The position numbers were made by a program, and so were the translations under genes. A stretch of 63,056 nucleotides of DNA, the filler included, from Platydemus manokwari (taxonomy: Eukaryota): the NCBI GenBank assembly GCA_037951405.1. It is 6 parts of 6 records of this genome, joined end to end, with 100 filler letters (N's around TTAATTAATTAA, not from the genome) between each part and the next. Parts side by side here need not be neighbours in the genome. Positions count along the whole stretch, not along the records: positions 33,075 to 43,184 come from JBBMOY011167880.1; positions 43,285 to 54,154 come from JBBMOY011099330.1; 4 more parts are not named here. The stretch is one strand, 5' to 3'. Below, piece by piece: positions 39,780-54,254 of the stretch (positions are counted from its first letter, which is position 1; every line of letters starts with the position of its first letter). The notes below the pieces were generated by a model that saw only the letters and a list, made by a program, of their open reading frames with translations, made no database searches and was not told the origin of the DNA.

Positions 39780-41819
39780 TACAAATATATGTAATCAAAA
39801 TATCAAATATTGTTTCTTATAATATTATTAAAACAATCGCATATTGTTATGATATTTCAAATATTAAATTCATAACAATATCTTAATTAATTTTATCCCT
39901 AAAATTTTAAAATATTTTCTTAAGAAAATTTAATTCTATGTAGTTAAAAATAGTTAAATTTCTGGTGAAATACTGTTTTTTAATAATAATTTTAACTTAA
40001 AAATTTGCAAAATATTAACAGGTTTCTAAAAATATTGAATTTTTCAAATTATCATAGTCAGTTGGATTAGGTAACATTATCTGATGTGAGTATTTAAATA
40101 GTTACATGGTTTTAAGTTGAGAAAAGGGGTTAATTTAATTTGTATACATGATTATAAAATTTAATGCAAAATTTTATCTTTACATAGTTATTTTTGCATT
40201 TATTCTCTTTCAATTGGAAATAAGAAATAATAATAACATCGGCAAATTTTATGTCATAATAAAAGTTATAAATATTTTAATTTTGTGAAGGCTAATTAAA
40301 TTCATTTTTAGAATGCCTATAGCATTAAAATTTATATTTTAAAATTATAAATCAATTAAGTAATTTTTTTCACATTTATTAATGTAACATTTTTGCATCA
40401 GTCTCTGACCGGAGGTTCTTTGTAAAATAATAATCAAACTAATCCCACAAAGTCGATGAGAATTTTGTTGGGCACTAAAATCAGAGCAGTGCCATTTGTT
40501 TACTCAGGTAATTTTTATCATCTTCAAGACACCACAGCTTTGTTTTTTTAAACTTATACGTTACACATTTGTTAATTTTTATTATAATATGTCTTATTGT
40601 TATTAGAATTTGGTTATCATTATTTGTATTTTATTACACAGTCTGTTAATCTATTAGAAACCAGATCTTTAATGGAAAAATCATCAAATATCTCATCAAA
40701 CTACTGTTGAGTAAGATGAAATTCTGCAAAAATAAAAACGGATTTGCATCCTAGAATCCTTGTTTAACACTTTAAAGATTTGCACAACCATAGGAATAGC
40801 AATCAGGCAATCGTAAAGAAGTTGGATGAGAAATGAATATTGGAAAAAGGGACATAACTACACAACAACGCATACATAGGGATTGACCAATTCCACTCAT
40901 GCAAGAACATAAAAACCAAATAAAAAAATGGGAAAGCAAACATCGAATTTAAATATGATACTAGGTGATACAAAACATTAATAATAAAAATCGATGTAAA
41001 GATGGCCAACTGCCAGTTAGAAGCCAAGTTTTGGTTGATATTTTGTACTATATTTTGTGTAAGTGTAGCGATTAGTATACAAGAAAAAATATTATTAGCT
41101 TTTTCTTTTTAATTACTCATACTAAATTACGAAATAGTTCATTGATAAATTATTGCTGAATATTCTTAATCATCACAAAATCTCGAATTCATCCATTGAA
41201 ATTCCATCAATAGTAATATATATTACTGAGATCATAGAAATTTATAAGCAGTATGTAAAGCATGGCCAGTTCAAAGTTTATATTCCTAACATTTCTAACT
41301 TGTCTATGAAAATGTAAAACTAAATTTGTAGTAATTCCTAAATCAAATTGCAAACTGTAGCTATTCTAAATCACTCTATGATTGATTTGATCTAATACAG
41401 AAGACTTGCGAACTTTCCTTTCGATATCATCACTGCTGCTTGAATTCAATTACAATATCATAATAACAACTTCCTTTAATTATCTAACGTCTCTCAAATT
41501 TTTTTAATAGGCTTTTAGTTGAAACAATGATTGCGAAATATTAGTATAAGATAAAAACCATAACGAGACAAGTAATTATTAGTAAATGCTGTCTTGATAC
41601 ATCTAATATCTGCAATGTCATAGCTAAATTTTAAGTATAACTAACTCCAGTGTTAAAATGGAGACTCATTCTTGATAAAAGCGGAAGCAATGTAACTTGA
41701 AAACAGGCTTTATAATATCTTTATTGATAAATATCATTTTATAGAAATTTATTGACTAAAACAAAGCAAAGCTAACAGCACAATATTGTTGCTAAATGTC
41801 TCAAATTCTATATTCATAT

Positions 41820-42176
41820 TTACTTTTCCACAAGTAAAAATCTTTTAAACAAATTATTGAATTTTTTAATCATAATTATATATAGAAATAGATTCACCAT
41901 AGCGTTGAAGCCTAAAGAAAAGTTACAATAATAATAATATCTGGTTGCATTTTTGAAATTTAATTTCTCCATCATATTTAAAATATAAACAATCTTTACG
42001 TTATAAAATGCGAAAATTATTGAAAAAATGGTGAAATGAATTGAGATATTCTTTTTGATTGCATCAGTATTGTCATTTGATGCAATATTCTTTGTATTTA
42101 AATTAAATATTATCTCCATGTACATACCAATTGATAATGGAAACTCAAGTGTTGAGTGAGGAACAAAAGCAATCAA
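41820..42176 (-). pseudogene. C-terminal fragment (TM5-TM7, helix 8) of a rhodopsin-like GPCR
   Basis: Hydrophobic segments ending FNAMVNLFLYIIMIKKFNNLFKR (NPxxY-like plus F...F helix 8). Directly upstream is the 42180-42470 repeat. Confidence 0.5.
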
Positions 42177-42179
42177 GAT

Positions 42180-42470
42180 ACCTATAAGGACTTAGAATAA
42201 TGCTCAAAAGGGTAGATACAAACAGGCTCAATTAGCGCACGCGTCAATAACCAATTAGATGTCTCCAAAATACCTATCCACAAATTGTATTCGATCATCA
42301 ATCGGTGCACATCAACAACAGGCAACTAACATCAAGATAACCAATTACACGAGAGTTTGGAGAGAATCTAAAAGTAGACTAGAATACAGACGGTTTTGAC
42401 GAATTAAAAAGCAAAGCTACAAGACAGCAAGTAAACACACACACTAGTAGTTTATGAAAGTAGATGAATC
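42180..42470 (+). repeat. Interspersed repeat related to 35880-36020
   Basis: Shared blocks gcac.(c/t)caacaacaggcaac, cacgagagtt, agacgg, aaagct, taaacaca in the same order, opposite orientation. Confidence 0.6.
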
Positions 42471-43184
42471 TCATAAGCAACTGTCAATCTTTCAATGTCA
42501 GTAATTTTCTATCTGTCTTAATTTTTTTTGTTAAAAATCTGATGACCAATGATACTTATTTCTGCCAATATTTTATTTATGGTACACATCATAGTTACTG
42601 ACTTTAAGTGTTCTTGAAACTTCAAATGAATCTTAACAAGTTATTATTACGGCTATTTAGATATAACATTATTATTACTGTTATTTGCTATAATAACTTT
42701 TATGGCGACCAAGAAGCAAAGCAAAACTAGTTTTAAGTGGTCAAAACACAAAATAAATAAATAAACTTCCTTTTACTAAAAATTAATTCTATTTCGACTC
42801 TCCGTCGGAGCCTTCAAGAAAAATACCTGCAATGATGATTTATGCATATTAATTTTCTCGGTAATATAAGCTTAAATTGGTCCGAATATTTTTCATGCAC
42901 TTACTAGACAGGATAATCTTAATGAATGATGTCCTGTATATTATAATTTATTGTGATTATTATGACTGGCACTTTTACTGTCATTATTTCTGTTACCGGA
43001 TTTTTATTATTATTTTATTTGTTTTAATGGGGAAATATATTTTGAGGGATTATATATTTTTTAATCTAATTTTCTACCTGGAATAGAAAAGATTATTTAA
43101 TGAAAATTGTTAATGAATTAAAAATATTGTTATATCACAAATTAACATAAAACACTAAAACATTTTCCTTAAGTATACATTATA

Positions 43185-43284
43185 NNNNNNNNNNNNNNNN
43201 NNNNNNNNNNNNNNNNNNNNNNNNNNNNTTAATTAATTAANNNNNNNNNNNNNNNNNNNNNNNNNNNNNNNNNNNNNNNNNNNN
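43185..43284. other. Artificial contig spacer
   Basis: N44-TTAATTAATTAA-N44. Confidence 0.97.
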
Positions 43285-45109
43285 AAAATATGTTTATATT
43301 TATACAAGGCTAATTTAATATTAAACATAATAATAATCATTATTGATTATTTATAAATAATAGTTAATCAATCAATTTGCTTAATTTATCACTGATCAAT
43401 ATCAAACCAATTATGAAATAATCTAATCAAAATATTGATGATAATATAAATCAATAGATAAAGGTCAAATTGAATCAAATCATTTAGTAAAATAAATGGG
43501 TTGCAATGTGATGTAGGTATTGATTGATAGTAAGATCAGGGTCAATATCAATTCATTTAACAGGAAAAATCACTGAAAATCGTGCTTTCATATCGAGGTG
43601 AATAATTCAATATGAGGTCGGGCATTTCCTAAAATTTTTTCCTTAAATTTCACAAAATCGATATCATTATTTTCCGATAGAATTCGTGTAGAAGACTCCT
43701 TAAACATGGTATAATATTTCTCTCTGATACGCATTAAAATGATAACAGTGATATTATATTTCTATGAATACCTCAATCAATAAGCTCATAAATCAATCAA
43801 TATTCAATGAGATCAAAAAATGTTGAAAATATTCCAAAAATATATCAATTTCCAATATTTATAATTTCTCATGAAAAATCCTCAATACCAAGTCTAAATA
43901 TACCAAACTCTAAACATAATATCGATTTTCTTTCGTTTCTCAACAAGAAAAATTGTCCATGAAGTAAGTAGTCTTCATTGGGTTGAGAATAGCTCAAAGA
44001 ATCTCTCAATTTCAGAACACATAAACTGGAATATATCGATTAATATTGATAATTGTTATTGATTTGCGATATTTGTGGTAGAAATCAGAATATTTCAGCA
44101 AATGGCATGAATCATCACAATTTCTATTTCTTTATTTCTATATCCAGCTTGATATTTCCAACACAACAATATCAGAATCTCACATAACAAAACTTATCAA
44201 GATTGAACGAGATAATGTTGTCAAGTAAATTTGTAGAATATATCCACTGGCAACCACATGAGACTGAGAGAAATCAATATATTACAATTTGAACTACATA
44301 TTTATATGTTAACAATACACGTTTATGAGGGTTGTGGTGCGATAAACTGTATCAGAAATCATCATCTGATCAAATTTTGTGATCAATTTTTAAATGCATG
44401 ACAGCAGAAATTGCTAAAATCGATAATAATAATAATTATTATTATTATCATATAAAAAATAAATAAACAAAAATTATCATTGGGACTGACAAAATCGTTT
44501 ATTTGCAATAAAAAAATCGATTTTAATTTTATTAAAATCAATATTTTACTATCCACAACGATTGAATGAATTTGGGTGAAGAAAATAATCGAATCAAAAA
44601 ACCAATCGGTAAAAAATCGATTGGACAAACTCGGATCGATTATGAAAAACACATTTGAAGTAAAAAGGCATAAAAAAGTTAGAAGAAAACATTTTTTAAA
44701 AGACGATATCTATTTGATAGATATTGATTATATAAAATGTGAGAATAAACATCTTTACATGAATGTGTATTAATTTCAGTGACGTCATCACATCGATAAA
44801 AATGTAGTCGCATTATATCGCATTAGATCAATAAAAATTACAACAAAAACGAACAAGATTTCATTGATCGTATCAGTAGTAGCTGCTTCACTTGAAATCG
44901 AGGATTCAACAAGGAAGAAGTCATGTCAACGATTTTCTTAACTTTTATTTCATTCAAACCAATAAATCAATTTTTAAATCAATTTCATTTCTTTTGTAAA
45001 AATCTTTTCAAAGTGCTTCAGCTTCCAATCTTAATCAGGTATGGATAAAAATATTTAATTTGTTCAATAATTCCTTTATATCTAAAGTCCTTATTTAATA
45101 TTTACTCTC

Positions 45110-45178
45110 AGTTCTGTGGCACCCCCGGTTTTGGGGCACTTTCTCAAAAATGGTGTCCCAAATCGGAATCCGACTGTA
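45110..45178. mobile_element. pogo/Tigger-like terminal repeat
   Basis: Reverse strand TA-cagtcggattccgatttgggacacc...gtgccccaaaaccgggggtgcc; CAGT start after TA with internal sub-repeats. Confidence 0.5.
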
Positions 45179-46660
45179 TTAAATAATTTAACGGAATTTC
45201 AAAATATTATTTTTTTATTAAAATTATTATTAGTTTTTCTAAATTTTCCTCACAGATGAAATAGACTATTTTGATAAATGGGATCAAATAAGACTTCATA
45301 AACTTTTCTGGTTAGGTTTGGAACAAAATAGAGATTTTATTGAGTACTTCAATACAATTATCAACTTTAAGAGAACTTAGTGGCTTCTATACTTGTACTG
45401 CCTTTGAAGGATCTATTATACTCGTCGAAATTACATGCAAATAGTAATTTGACATCCAAGTGATTTGTTACCTGATGTCTGGGTGTTCGATATTGTTTAC
45501 CAATGGGCAGTATTAAAAATAATCTTTGGTTCCAAATTAGAATATCGGATAATAATACCAATAATTACGCTGATTTTTTCAGGTCATTTATCATCGATTG
45601 CGGCTTGAAAGAAATGACAATTTAGAATTTATCACGTGTTAGATTATGGGAAATAATTTCTGGATATTTGTACAAGAAAATCAGGAATTCCGAGGGAAAT
45701 CCACAAAATAAATCAATAAACAATTTTCCAGTCTAATTACGATTATATGGACTTTAAAATTCAGGGGGAAATCGGTTCGGAAAATTAGCAACAACAAAAG
45801 ACAAGCAGCTGTTGGATGTAGATGAAAAGTCACAATGAAAATCCACTGTGCAACGTTGATTGCGACACATATTTATCTCTTAATCCTCGTGCATCGGTGT
45901 GTGACTGTAGAAAGTTTTTTGCAGGAAAGATATTTTCCATAGCTCAATTCTGCACATCGAAAACACTTTCACAAAGACAAGGCCGACTCCTAACGGAAAA
46001 TAGATTAGCTATCTAATATAAACAGTTTCGGTGTCGTGAAGAAATTTAAGCTGGGATTCGTTTATCTGTAATAAATGAAATTAGCAGGCGAATTATTTTT
46101 CTCCTATATAGGTCATCGATTTCCCCGAGGCTAGAACATTGGGAATTTTACAGATTAAATATACCTCAACTCTTTGCTGCTTAGAAACAATGATGAGTGT
46201 TGGAAGCACTTGATTTTTTGGCTTTCAGTTCAAGCCGTTGGCCCAAAATTTCCAAAAAATCGCGCCACAGTTGTATCAAAGTGTAATTATTTTAGAAATA
46301 AATTCGGTACTTTGAATTTCATTCTAATAAGGTGTCGTATCTTTCGCTCGGCCTATTATTATTATCATTTTTCCATATCATAGTTTCCAGAAGAGAACAT
46401 AGGTGATCAAATTCGAAGGTGCAAATGTTTGGTTGCAATCTCTAGCATGGCATTTGTGAGAATTTTGAAATGAGATAAATTTATAAAGATTGAATTTAAT
46501 ATAAAATTATATTGATATGTAAATATAATTATATTTAATTATATAATTTGGTGTTGTGACTTTTCAGTTCGTTTGAATGCATGTTTTATAATATAGTAGC
46601 GAGCCCAACAAAAACATGAAAATCTTGGAAATTTATACTCAAATAAATATAATATCCTAT

Positions 46661-46810
46661 TTGATAATGATAATATATTAATTAATAATGATAATATATT
46701 AATTGATAATGATAATATATTAATTGATAATGATAATATATTTATCGATAATATTGATATATTAATTGATAGACAAGATATTTAATCGATAATGATGATA
46801 TTGATAATGA
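46661..46810. repeat. 21-bp minisatellite (ttgataatgataatatattaa)
   Basis: Four near-perfect units followed by degenerate copies. Confidence 0.9.
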
Positions 46811-49800
46811 AAAAAATTTCTAATTCATTTCTATTATAAAATGAAAATATAAATATATTCGAGCTAAATATAAATCTTTCTTCTGAGCATTTAAAGATGG
46901 TGAAAACAATGTGTGAACCAATCTAGAAATGGAGGATTTATTTCAACTCTAAATCATTTGAACCTCCAAAGCCTGTTCAACCCCAAGAATGCACTGTCAA
47001 CATTAACATTATATTCTTACCATAAATTAATAAGAATTGTAAAATAATATGTTACGAAATAATATTAATATATTCACTACCATATTGTTCACTTAAAAAC
47101 GGAATCTATTATCTCTTAATCTAACCGGATAAGATAGTTTTGTTTTATTAATATCGTTTGATTGACCAATGGTAATCAAGTTGAAAGTATGTAAACTATA
47201 TATTTCCTATCAAAATTAACTTTATAAATGGAATACAGACCGATATTGCTCTTGCGATTTACGAGATCTAATCGAGGAAATATTTATTGAAATTCGATAA
47301 TCATTATATATGCATTTGTATTACTCGACACATTGATGCCATCACAGGGAATAGCTAAGATAATGATAGTTTTTGACTCAGAGCTCGATTTACATTTGAT
47401 AATATATAATCATAATAAATAATGCCATCAGATAGATAAACTCCTCAAAAAATCACAAATCAAAGTCGATTTCATAAAACCTCCACAAAACCCATTATTT
47501 AAAAAATATTTAAAATGGTTTGTATGTTGAGAGGCTTTTACTGGAATAGTTCTGATCAAAACATTTTGACAAAATTTCCTATTAAAGATCACCCAGTTTT
47601 GTAATCATTTCTACCCAAATCAATCCTATTTCCCAATCTGGTATCAAATCTGGTATCATTATTGATAACATTTGTAACAAATAGGCCAATTACTTTATCA
47701 GATCAGCACAATCGATCAATGAAATATCCATCAAATCAGTCATATTTAGCACCAAAAGTGAAATCTTATCCATATCTTCAAAAATTTCTCCCACATTTTA
47801 TTTTCCCACAGTGATAATTGGACAGAAAAATTTCTCACATCGCACCATATTATTTCACGATTCTCTGTTACATCTTGTGCTCTTTCATAACAGCTATAAT
47901 TTTAGAACTTCCTAACAGATAAGTGTTTTCTGAAACATTTTATTTCATCAAATAACTTCGATAGAAAGATTCCTGCTCATCTTCTTTGAATAAAGGCGGG
48001 TCTTCTTTATCAACTCTTTCTAATAAGCAATTCTGTAATACTTCATTGAGTTTCTTAATATGGTCTAATTTGTCTCATTATTTTCTAAGGAATCTCATTG
48101 GCAACAAATTCTGATAAGTAAAACATGTTTTCCTGATGAGGATTATTTATTTAAAATTTATTGACACAACTTATAAGCCTCTAGTCTATGCAACACACAT
48201 TATCAAAGACAATATATCATCTACATTTCTCAATTGATATCATATACCCATTAACACATATACTGATATTGATCTGCCAATGTTTTATAACAAAATGTTC
48301 TCGTTATAAATTATGAAGCGCAAAATAATCCCATTATTGATATACTGATATTATATCTGATCAATTTTACTGTATTCAACACATTTTAAAATGCACTTGA
48401 CTCAGGAGTTCAAGTGGAATATATTCTGCAATGGGGACTGCATGATTGGAATCAATTGATTTGATATCAGGGTTCCAGATATTGTAATGAAATCAATATA
48501 AAAGATTGTAATGTATAATAGAAATTGAGATATCCTTCTGAACAGTTCTTAAAGCTTTAAGGAGTGAAAAGTGTCGAACCATTTCGAATATAAAACAAAA
48601 ACCACCACTTCACTTATTTTATGATTGATATATTGATTTCTCGAGTAAAAACGGTGGTCATATATAGGAAAGGAAAAAACTTGTATATCACAGGTCATTT
48701 TATTGATAGAATTATTTGTTACGGTAATATTGACCTCTATCTTTCAAGTACATCATTCTAATCTTTTCAGTTTAAGGTTTAGTGGAATATCTTTCCAATG
48801 AAAATGATACCTCAATGCTGTTGACAGGTGTTGTCGAGATGGAACTACAAGTTATGGCATCATATAAATATGAAAATCAAGCGCAAATATTGATTTTCAA
48901 TAATATATAGATATTAAACTACAAATAAAAAGTTACAGCCCACACACACACACAAATCATACTAACACGTGTCGAGGTTTGCTTTTAACATTAAAATACC
49001 CTTGGTGAGAAAAGTATTGACAAAATACTCAATCAGACTCAAACTGAAAAGTCACGACATCAAATTAAAGCAATGATTTAAGCAAATTAACTGTTTATAA
49101 AAATCTGATTTTCTAATTTTTCCCATTTCAATTTATTAATAAATCCTCACAATGATGATCTCCATACATCACCTATGACAAACGCTATACTCCATCAAAT
49201 TTCAATCGATGACTACAACAGTGCCATTTCTAGACGTGTAAACAACACTGGCTAGCTCAACATTTCGAAATATTATTTCACTGAGAACTGGTATTTAATT
49301 TCGGTAAAACCATGATCTGATTTGATCCGATCAACCATCCGATTACGACGGATATTTTGCGTGACAATTTTTTCTGATAATTTGGTTAGATGAATTGCAG
49401 GAAATATTATATCGCTTAGAAAATAGGAATTTCGATAATTGGATTAGCTGGAAATGATCATATTATTCGTAATATAAATAAAATGATCTCCGTTTGGTTT
49501 GATTAGAATGTCAGTGCCAAACCAGAAAAAAACATACCACGCTATGAAAATAAATAAAATTTACAGAAAATGCTAGTCTACTAAAGAAAAAAAAATATAA
49601 TTTTTAAGGCACTGTTGCCATAGAAAAAGTCATTCAATGTAGTTTATAAAATAGAACTCATTTAATTTCAAGCACCACATTAAAACACAATTCAATTTCC
49701 CCTTTATCAATAATTGATTTTAAATAATAAAAGTTGAGTTTAATAAATTTTCTAGTGAAGCGCGAAAATCCCGGTGATTGGACCACAAATTTGAAAAGTT

Positions 49801-50257
49801 TCTTTTGTAAAAGAAATAATTAAAATAAATTGAAAAATTATGGCTTTCAAAGAAATCCAATAATTAATGTCGTAGAGCGTTACCATCGTCATAGCAAATT
49901 GGAATAAATGGAATATCAATCAGAATCTATTAATTCAAATCGATATGATAACGGATGTTTATAGTAATGCTTATAACAGTGTCTTGGTGTTTTCTAGAAC
50001 TCAAGTTGGAGATTTGTTTTATTTAAATCTTCCGAGATTTATTTCTCACGAAAGAAACTTTTATTGAGACAAAACATTTTATCTTTGTTATAATCGAATT
50101 ATCAAGCTCAACTAACAAATCATAAAAGGATAAAAACCTTATCAGAATTCAGGGTGAATCTGAATGCCAGTTTTGTTGATGAAACTGATTTAATATCGTG
50201 CCACTTTGTAGATAAATTTTAACGAATTATAAATAATAATTAAATCAAAAAATCTCA

Positions 50258-51966
50258 CCATATTCGTGGTAGAACATTGTCAACATCGAGAAATTCTGTC
50301 CACATGGGAGCTTCACCACCGAGAATATTATCACGCCAATTCTCATTGAGGGGAACATTGCCGTAATCGTTTATTGCCATCTGATTGCCGTACTCGTCTC
50401 CGGGATCACACTGATAATGGTTCACCCATTGAGCTCCATATTCTAATCGATCGAGATACCAACAAGCTGAATACAAAACCTGAATATTTTGCTTGGCTAA
50501 TACAGCAGCCTCGGAAGTGGATTGGCTTTTCCAGAGCTGTACAATGGTTCCCTTTTTCAACAGTGAATTGCGCTCGTATGCTTCTTGCCAAACGATGAAA
50601 CCTCTCTGTTTTTTATTGTTCGACATTCCTATTTTTGTAATGATGTTTTGCAATTTACCAGTGTAGAAATCGATTAATGAATCGACAGAAAAAATGCTTC
50701 TCGACCGCATCCAATTCTGGATTGCTTGGTTACTGGAAACACAGGTGGTGGCTACCTCATCCGATCCCAAATGTATCCATTGATCGGGAAATAGATTCAC
50801 TATATCTGTATACAAGCTGGTCAACAATCGATAGGTGGATGCGGCTGCCATATTAATTGGTCCATAGTTACCGGACCATTTTCCATTTATATCAATACAA
50901 CGGGTCATAATTTCAGGGTGACTTTTCCTCCAACTCAATGTGTGACTGGGTGAATCGATTTCCGGAACTATTCGGATTCCTCTGACCCTAGCATATTCAA
51001 TAATCTCCCTGACATCGTCCGGCCGATATACTTTATGCTCAGGATCATAAGCACCGTATTGAGCGAATTCTGGATGGTTATCTGTGATTAAAGGAAATGA
51101 TTGGTCATCAGTGATATGCCAGTGAAAAACGTTCATTTTATTCATCACCATGGCATCCAAATTCTTCAATATTATATCTTTGGAAATGTAATGTCTAGCC
51201 GTATCTAACATGATTCCACGATGTTTGAAACGCGGCTGATCTTGAATTTTAGTTTCGTTTATAAATATTCTACCGGCTCTTGTTCGCCACATCAACTGGG
51301 TCAAGCTTTCTAGAGCTCTAATAGCTCCCCAAGTCTCTTTAGCATTGATAAATATCCCTTTCATCGATACAGACAGATGATAAGACTCATTCATGTATAA
51401 GCTAGGCCATTGATAACCGTCCGATTCAACGTAGATATTTACAATATGCAGTACTGCTTTCAGAGTAGCGGGATAATTGTAGGAGTTTGCAAACTTATTT
51501 TTCGATACTTTTGCTTTTCCACTAGCTACAAAAAGATCTCCAATCGATGCTCCATCGAGAATTGGCTCTTGATGCCGCCAGTTTGATGGGTAATACGACA
51601 CGGATTTTGAATTGCAAATCATTTCCTTGTAACGTAGAACGGCTTCCTGAGTAGAGAAACAAAACAACTCAAAAAATAAAATTCGCCCAGCAACAATGAG
51701 ATTAAATAGAAATTACAATGAATACCTTAAAAGGCTTCAAAGAACAAAGCTTAAGAACTTAAAATATTTATATAAATTCGAGATGATAGACGTTGGATTC
51801 CGTTTATTGTAACGTTTTTAAAGTTAGTTCGTGATTTTTTATTAGTTTCAATTAGAAGGATATCGACTGTGAAACAATGAGGATCAATTAACAAACCAAA
51901 TGATAATGTACTGTTAATAATAATGATATTGGTAATAATTATTATAATCACTATAAAACAAATCAT
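50258..51966 (-). CDS. Beta-N-acetylhexosaminidase (GH20), 3'-partial
   Basis: NESYHL, ETWGAIRALESLTQL, DQPRFKHRGIMLDTARHY, NVFHWHITDDQSFP, PEIDSPSHT, HLGSDEV, WQE, CWYLD, GGEAPMWTE. Signal-peptide exon 51726-51966, intron 51648-51725, splice donor after PRIW. The last exon (PRxxAxAERLW) was not found in this contig. Confidence 0.95.
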
Positions 51967-54029
51967 AGTAATATAATTATAAATATTTCAGTATCTCTCC
52001 TTAATGAAATTCATTTGTAAAGTCAGTCACGATTCAATAGATGCCAGATAACCCAATTATATTGAATGTTTGGAACAAATCATTATTGCAGAAAAGCTGT
52101 CATTATCAGTCAAGTCAGCAATAAACCATTGGTCTAATGATTGATTAGTCAGGGCATAATGGTATATAAATATATGCTATCAATATTAGCGAAAAAGATA
52201 TGAGATCTGCTTTGACAAGCCTTGATGTATTAGATTTAATAAATAATTATTTCATTGGATATCATTCTAATAATATCATAAAATTAATAATAAATTGGGC
52301 CAATGTAATGGTGATTCAATGAGCATGTTTAATGATCTCAAATATGATCCCATCAATCTCATTGATCGATATCAAGTATAAAAGTTGTATTATACATCTA
52401 ATAAACGCCATTCATACAACTTTGGGGTTATTCTATCAAGTATGTATGTAACGGTTATGAGATGTTAGCTGATGCTTTTCTGTTATGTTTTATCAATATT
52501 ATTTCATTTTATTATAATTATAATTATTTAATGATGACCACAAATGGGATTCTGCGGGCACGACAAACAATATCAGCAGATAATCCACCAATCATATATT
52601 TCTGATAGGAACTAGAATCCAATGGTTTCCAGTGAATGCCATGATCAATAATGCATCATCCCAATGGATATTCTATCATTAAATATATGGGAAAAGAAAA
52701 TCAATGAAATCATTTTGATAAATGGCTGACAAGTGGGACAGATGCGTTGACGAAATCAAGCAGATTTAATTGATTTAAACAAAGCTTTCTTTGGGCTGGG
52801 AGGTGAAAGATGGATTAATAAAATCAATAGAAAACAAGCCGTTAAAAGTGAATCGTCTTTCATAAATTTAATAATTCGAACCAATCATAGAATTCAATGG
52901 TTGTGCCTTAGGTCGTATTGATTCTGTCTAGATTCACTTTTTAAGGTATGCTAGGTGAAACTTTGATATGAGGAGTAAAGATTTGATTTGATTTTATTGT
53001 TTTAATGGTCCAGATATGAGCTGTGTTGAAAAATATTTTGAAAAACCAATGAAAAATGACATTTTTAATAAAATAAAACTGCCATTCTCCTATTTAACAA
53101 CCATATATCTTATATTTTAATATTATGTAGAAGTATGAAATAACCTTTACCATTTTATATAATTATATATAACTATTACTGATAATAGTTATAAATGTAT
53201 TATTGTTGTATTTCTCGTCTTTATTTTATAATTATTCTCACTAATGAGATAAATGATTAATGCGTATTCCCCCTTCAAATTATTCACATATCTAAATCAA
53301 TCCATTTAATAGACAATCTATTTGGTCCTAACACAAATGAAATGAGATTTGAAAGCTTAAATGAAAGTCACTATTTTCAAAAAGTCAGCCCGATGAAGTA
53401 ATCTGTTCACCTCACACAAACCGTCTAAAATGGATTCGTTAATCCCGGTCATTTTAATCACACAAATGTATTCAGATAAAATAATGTGTCAGTAATGTGA
53501 AAAGACATTTTTGCCACAAATTTCCTACTGATGTAATCAATAAAGAGTAATGATTTAATCAATAAATATTAATAGTGACCTATCCCAATTAGGAAATGGT
53601 ATTGTAAGGATGTCAATCAACTGACCGATGATGATGTTGATGGTATAATCTACCATTGATTTCATTGGCATGTTTCCATGGTTACCAATTACCACTAGAG
53701 AAAAGGAAAGCAGCTAAATAGATCTTCCACAGATCACTTAATATATTTTTACATAATTTCATGTCCTGGATATATCAATATCTTCTCGAATAAAATATTT
53801 AAGTGTTTCAGAATTAATAAGAATGTGATTTTATAAAGAAATAATAGAAAGGACTTAAATCATCAACAAATCAACTTGGTTTAAATAGGCTTGTTGTGAA
53901 TAAATTAATATCGATTATTCACATAAAATTTCTGTCATTAAATTCAATATAATTTTAATATCATCATTAATTATCGCAACGTTGATGTCATTCATTTGTA
54001 TCATTGAATTATTAGCATTATTCTTTTAA

Positions 54030-54154
54030 TGATTATTATTAATAAATATAATTATTATTATAAATATAATTGTTATTAATAAATAAAATCATTATTAGAG
54101 TGATAATAATTATTAATAAATATAATTATTATTAATAAATATAATTGTTATTAA
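54030..54154. repeat. AT-only ~19 bp tandem repeat at contig end
   Basis: attattaataaatataatt units. Confidence 0.85.
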
Positions 54155-54254
54155 NNNNNNNNNNNNNNNNNNNNNNNNNNNNNNNNNNNNNNNNNNNNTT
54201 AATTAATTAANNNNNNNNNNNNNNNNNNNNNNNNNNNNNNNNNNNNNNNNNNNN
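54155..54254. other. Artificial contig spacer
   Basis: N44-TTAATTAATTAA-N44. Confidence 0.97.

Noticed and set aside
44576-44945. Possible spliced gene fragment
   Set aside because: Could not build a phase-consistent frame or recognise a motif.
50374-50598. Overlapping ORFs inside the hexosaminidase
   Set aside because: Shadow frames of a real CDS.
9005-54254. Recurring TTAATTAATTAA palindrome
   Set aside because: Artificial six-frame-stop linker embedded in Ns; not biological.
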